NCBI GenBank assembly: GCA_965228895.1
Contig: OZ245842.1
Location: 2,688,001 to 2,752,000, forward strand
Direction: 5' to 3'
Source: Alphaproteobacteria bacterium
Lineage (GTDB): Bacteria; Pseudomonadota; Alphaproteobacteria; SP197
Length of the DNA stretch: 64,000 nucleotides
Under the pieces are notes generated by a model. That model ran no database searches, had not been told where the DNA came from, and saw nothing but the letters and a program-made list of their open reading frames with translations. This document shows, one piece after another, positions 60,703 to 64,000 of this stretch. A program made the position numbers and the translations under genes. Every line of letters begins with the position of its first letter. The first letter of the stretch is position 1.

Positions 60703-61655
60703 CAGTATCCCCTGACTGGATCGACGATGTTGAAACGTTCTTGACCGGCAAGGTGGCGGCCAAGGTTGTCGGCGAAAATGTCGAGCGCCGCTGCTTCCCA
60801 GCCCTCGAACACCGCGCAGCTATGGGGCGTGATGATCACGTTATCCATATCCCAGAACGGCGCGTCTTCGGGCATCGGTTCGGGATCGTAGACGTCCAGC
60901 GCGGCGCCACCGACCTGACCATTTTTTAGCGCACTTTCCAGTGCCACCGCATCAACCACCCCTCCACGCGACACATCGACGAGATAGGCGCCCGGCTTCA
61001 TCGCCGCGAAAGCAGCGGTGTCGATCATGCCGAGGGTTTGTGATGTGCGCGGGACGCACACGGCGACGACATCCGCGCCCGCCAGCGCGCTGTGAAGGTC
61101 GTCGGTGCCATAGACTTCGTCGACATGGGCCATCGGCTGTGGCCTGGCGCGTGTGCCGACCACGCGTATGCCAAGTGCCGACGCCTTCGCGGCAAGCGCC
61201 TGGCCGGTACTGCCCAAGCCGACGATTGCCATCGTCAGGCCGCGCAGGTCGCGAACCGTTCCCGGGCACCATTCGTGGCGTGCCTGGGCACGCATGAAAA
61301 ACGGGAACCGCATAGCAAGCGCAACGACTGAACCAATTGCGTACCAGGCCATGGATTCTGCTGCGACACCGGCGCCGTTGGTGACGGTTAGACGTTCCGG
61401 ATCCCACGCGCCCAGATGATCGGCACCGACGCCGCCGATCGCGATCCAATCCAGGCCGGGCGACGTCTTGAGCGCGTCCGCGGGGTAAGGCCGATCCTCG
61501 AAACGAATGTGGAACTGAACCTGTGGCTGAAGCTCAGCCAGCGTGGCCGGCAACGCGGCGTAGCTGCCGCAGCCGTGAACCTCGATGTCGGGGAACCGGG
61601 CCGCGAGCCGTTCAACGAGCGGCTGCGGATCGGCATCATGAATGAGGACACGCAT
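60702..61655 (-). CDS. D-2-hydroxyacid dehydrogenase family protein
   Basis: GLGSTG, SRG.VVD, ALDV...EP, ITPH. Confidence 0.92.
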   Translation of the reverse strand: MRVLIHDADPQPLVERLAARFPDIEVHGCGSYAALPATLAELQPQVQFHIRFEDRPYPADALKTSPGLDWIAIGGVGADHLGAWDPERLTVTNGAGVAAESMAWYAIGSVVALAMRFPFFMRAQARHEWCPGTVRDLRGLTMAIVGLGSTGQALAAKASALGIRVVGTRARPQPMAHVDEVYGTDDLHSALAGADVVAVCVPRTSQTLGMIDTAAFAAMKPGAYLVDVSRGGVVDAVALESALKNGQVGGAALDVYDPEPMPEDAPFWDMDNVIITPHSCAVFEGWEAAALDIFADNLGRHLAGQERFNIVDPVRGY

Positions 61656-61681
61656 CGTCGCCGCGCCTCCCCGGTTCGGTG

Positions 61682-62104
61682 TCAGCCGACGATTTCGTCG
61701 TCGGAGAAGAAGAACGCGACTTCGCGCGCGGCGTTTTCGGCGGAGTCCGAACCGTGGACCGAATTGGCTTCGATCGATTCGGCGAACTCGGCCCTGATGG
61801 TGCCGGCGTCCGCATCGGCGGGATTGGTGGCGCCCATCACTTCGCGGTTCTTGGTAACGGCGTTGTCGCCTTCGAGCACCTGCACGACGACCGGGCCGGA
61901 GGTCATGAACTCAACCAGCGAACCATAGAACGGACGCTCACGATGAACCTCATAGAACGCCTCGGCCTGCTCGTGGGTCATGGCGATGCGCTTCTGGGCA
62001 ACGATCCTGAGACCGGCGTCTTCCAGCTTGGCGTTGATCTTGCCGGTCAGATTGCGGCGGGTGGCATCCGGTTTGATGATCGAGAGCGTACGTTCGGTGG
62101 CCAT
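61682..62104 (-). CDS. ndk: Nucleoside diphosphate kinase
   Basis: [24 protein letters not shown]. Confidence 0.98.
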   Translation of the reverse strand: MATERTLSIIKPDATRRNLTGKINAKLEDAGLRIVAQKRIAMTHEQAEAFYEVHRERPFYGSLVEFMTSGPVVVQVLEGDNAVTKNREVMGATNPADADAGTIRAEFAESIEANSVHGSDSAENAAREVAFFFSDDEIVG

Positions 62105-62260
62105 GGTGTGTGGTCTTCTTTCTGGTGAGAACGAGGGGTCACATGAATTTCGCGCGCCTTATAGGGCGTTCGCCTGTCAGCGTCCACCATCCCCACTAAA
62201 GGCCTTTGTCAGTCAGAACGCATCGCCAGCCCGCTCCCGGCGGCTTGAACGGCAAGAGCT

Positions 62261-62734
62261 TTAGCTGCCGGCTTCGCCGCCTGCCTCGGCCTTTTGTTCC
62301 CAGCCGCCCTGATCGGTCTGCTGCCAATAAGTCAAATGATGGCCGCCTTCCTTCAGCGACTTCCAGCGCACCCGCGCCGCGGCCACCGCGGTCTCATCAC
62401 GGCCGTCGAACATATCGATAATGCGCTCGAACGCCGCGGCCTCGCCGGCATCGGCGCCGCCGGTCAGCACAAGGACGGCAGCGCCGTTCGGGTTGGTGAC
62501 GTGATCGGTGAGATAGACCGGCTGGTCTGAGGGATCGCCATCGGCCGCCGTGCCGTGAGGCAGGAACGAGGCGGGATCGTAAGTCCACAAGGCCGCGCTT
62601 AGATGCTCGGCCCGCTCATCGGACTCGGCAACAACCACCGCGCGCATGCCCCGCGAGACCGCCTTTTCCAGCAGTTTGGGCAAGGCCCTCTCCAGAGGTG
62701 TGCGCAGAAGGTGGTAGAAGCCGATCTCGCTCAT
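62261..62734 (-). CDS. holC: DNA polymerase III chi subunit
   Basis: FYHL, LWTY...SFLPHG, AR.RW, YW.Q; follows pepA. Confidence 0.93.
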   Translation of the reverse strand: MSEIGFYHLLRTPLERALPKLLEKAVSRGMRAVVVAESDERAEHLSAALWTYDPASFLPHGTAADGDPSDQPVYLTDHVTNPNGAAVLVLTGGADAGEAAAFERIIDMFDGRDETAVAAARVRWKSLKEGGHHLTYWQQTDQGGWEQKAEAGGEAGS

Positions 62735-62739
62735 CGGTG

Positions 62740-64000
62740 TCAGCTCTCGTACTGATCCTCGACGAAGGTATCGAGCAGGCGCACACCATAACCCGTCGCC
62801 CCCTTGGGCGTCAGCGGCTCGTCCGACTTCACCCAGGCGGTGCCGGCGATATCCAGATGCGCCCAGGGCGTATCGCCGATGAACCGCTCCAACAGAACGG
62901 CACCGGCCGTGCTACCGGCTTCGCGCGCCTTGCCGACATTCTTCATGTCGGCGATGTCGGATTTGATGTCCTTGCTGTAGCGGTCGCCCAGCGGCATGCG
63001 CCACAACTCCTCGCCGACCTTGTCGCCGGCGGCGACCAGCGCATAGGCGAGATCGTCGTTGTTGCTGAACAGGCCGGCCTTGTAGCTGCCCAGCGCGACG
63101 ATGATCGCCCCGGTCAGGGTCGCCAGATCGATGACCTGCTTCGGCTTGAAGGTCTCGACCGCGTAGTGCAGCGCGTCCGCCAGCACCAGCCGGCCCTCCG
63201 CGTCGGTGTTGATGACCTCGATGGTCTGGCCCGACATGGTGGTCACCACATCGCCCGGCCGCTGGGCTGTGCTGGACGGCATGTTCTCGACACAGCCGAT
63301 GATGCCGACCACGTTGGCCTTGGCGCTGCGCGCGGCGAGCGCATGCATCAGGCCGGTGACACAGCCCGCGCCCGCCATGTCGAATTTCATCTCCTCCATG
63401 CCGCCGGCCGGTTTGATCGAGATGCCGCCGGTGTCGAAACACACACCCTTGCCGACCACCGCCAGCCACGGCGCGTCGTTGGACGCGCCTTCCCAGCGCA
63501 TGACCACGAGCTGGGATTCACGGGCGCTGCCCTGGCCGACACCGAGCAGCGCACCCATGCCGAGCTCGGTCATTTTCGCTTCGCCTAAAACTTCAACATC
63601 AACACCTAACGCGCTCAATTCACTTGCTCTTTTGGCGAATTCCTCAGGATAGAGCGTGTTGGCGGGTTCGCTGACGAGGTCGCGCGTCAGCGCCACACCG
63701 GCAGCGAGCGGCTCCAGCCGGGCCAGCCGCGCCTCGCCTGCCTCAGGGTCGGCGCTGACGACGGTCAGGCGCTCCAGGCTGGGCAGATCGTCGTCCTTCA
63801 GCTTGGTGCGGTACTTGTCGAAGCGATAGCTGCGCAGCCGGACACCGTGGGAAAAATCGCCGCCATGGGCTGCCTTGACCGACAACAGCGCCGCGTGCTT
63901 GACGCCGACCCGGTTCAGATGGGCCGCGACATTGCCGCCCAGGCGCTGGCGGCCGAGGTCGGTGATGTCGTCGAAGTCGCCAAGGCCCACGGCAACGATG
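62740..64000 (-). CDS. pepA: Leucyl aminopeptidase (5' end beyond the window)
   Basis: [41 protein letters not shown]. Confidence 0.97.
   Translation of the reverse strand, partial: IVAVGLGDFDDITDLGRQRLGGNVAAHLNRVGVKHAALLSVKAAHGGDFSHGVRLRSYRFDKYRTKLKDDDLPSLERLTVVSADPEAGEARLARLEPLAAGVALTRDLVSEPANTLYPEEFAKRASELSALGVDVEVLGEAKMTELGMGALLGVGQGSARESQLVVMRWEGASNDAPWLAVVGKGVCFDTGGISIKPAGGMEEMKFDMAGAGCVTGLMHALAARSAKANVVGIIGCVENMPSSTAQRPGDVVTTMSGQTIEVINTDAEGRLVLADALHYAVETFKPKQVIDLATLTGAIIVALGSYKAGLFSNNDDLAYALVAAGDKVGEELWRMPLGDRYSKDIKSDIADMKNVGKAREAGSTAGAVLLERFIGDTPWAHLDIAGTAWVKSDEPLTPKGATGYGVRLLDTFVEDQYES

Overview
GC-rich alphaproteobacterial (Rhodospirillales-like gene order) chromosomal segment, mostly core genes: tRNA-Met(CAT), mnmA, a reduced isc locus (cysE-iscR-two cysteine desulfurases-fdx), anmK/tyrS, AsmA/YhdP, glnE-bcp, prfB with its programmed +1 frameshift, mrcA-amiC/rne, aroQ-accBC-aat, mlaD-NDUFA12, nrdJ with NrdR boxes, panCB, aspS/rnd, hda-purMN, ndk, holC, pepA. 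Two accessory regions stand out. The first (1-4797), at the 3' side of tRNA-Met, encodes a secreted HExxH zinc peptidase missing from the ORF track, a TPR + PRMT9-like protein arginine methyltransferase with all eukaryotic PRMT motifs, and an asparagine-synthetase-like protein lacking the N-terminal Cys. The second is a lower-GC islet (about 56807-59691) with a LuxR-type regulator, a palindromic operator candidate and an unknown protein, bracketed by a diverged duplicate of the last 20 codons of the neighbouring hisC-like gene. Non-coding signals read by eye include an MmgR/suhB-like sRNA after nrdJ, an IscR type-1 site, CIR-like GANTC-bearing repeats fused to stop codons, synonymous AT-rich patches inside genes and a head-to-head gene overlap with mutually embedded Shine-Dalgarno sequences. 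No integrase, transposase or CRISPR array was seen. All assignments come from motif recognition only; no searches were run.
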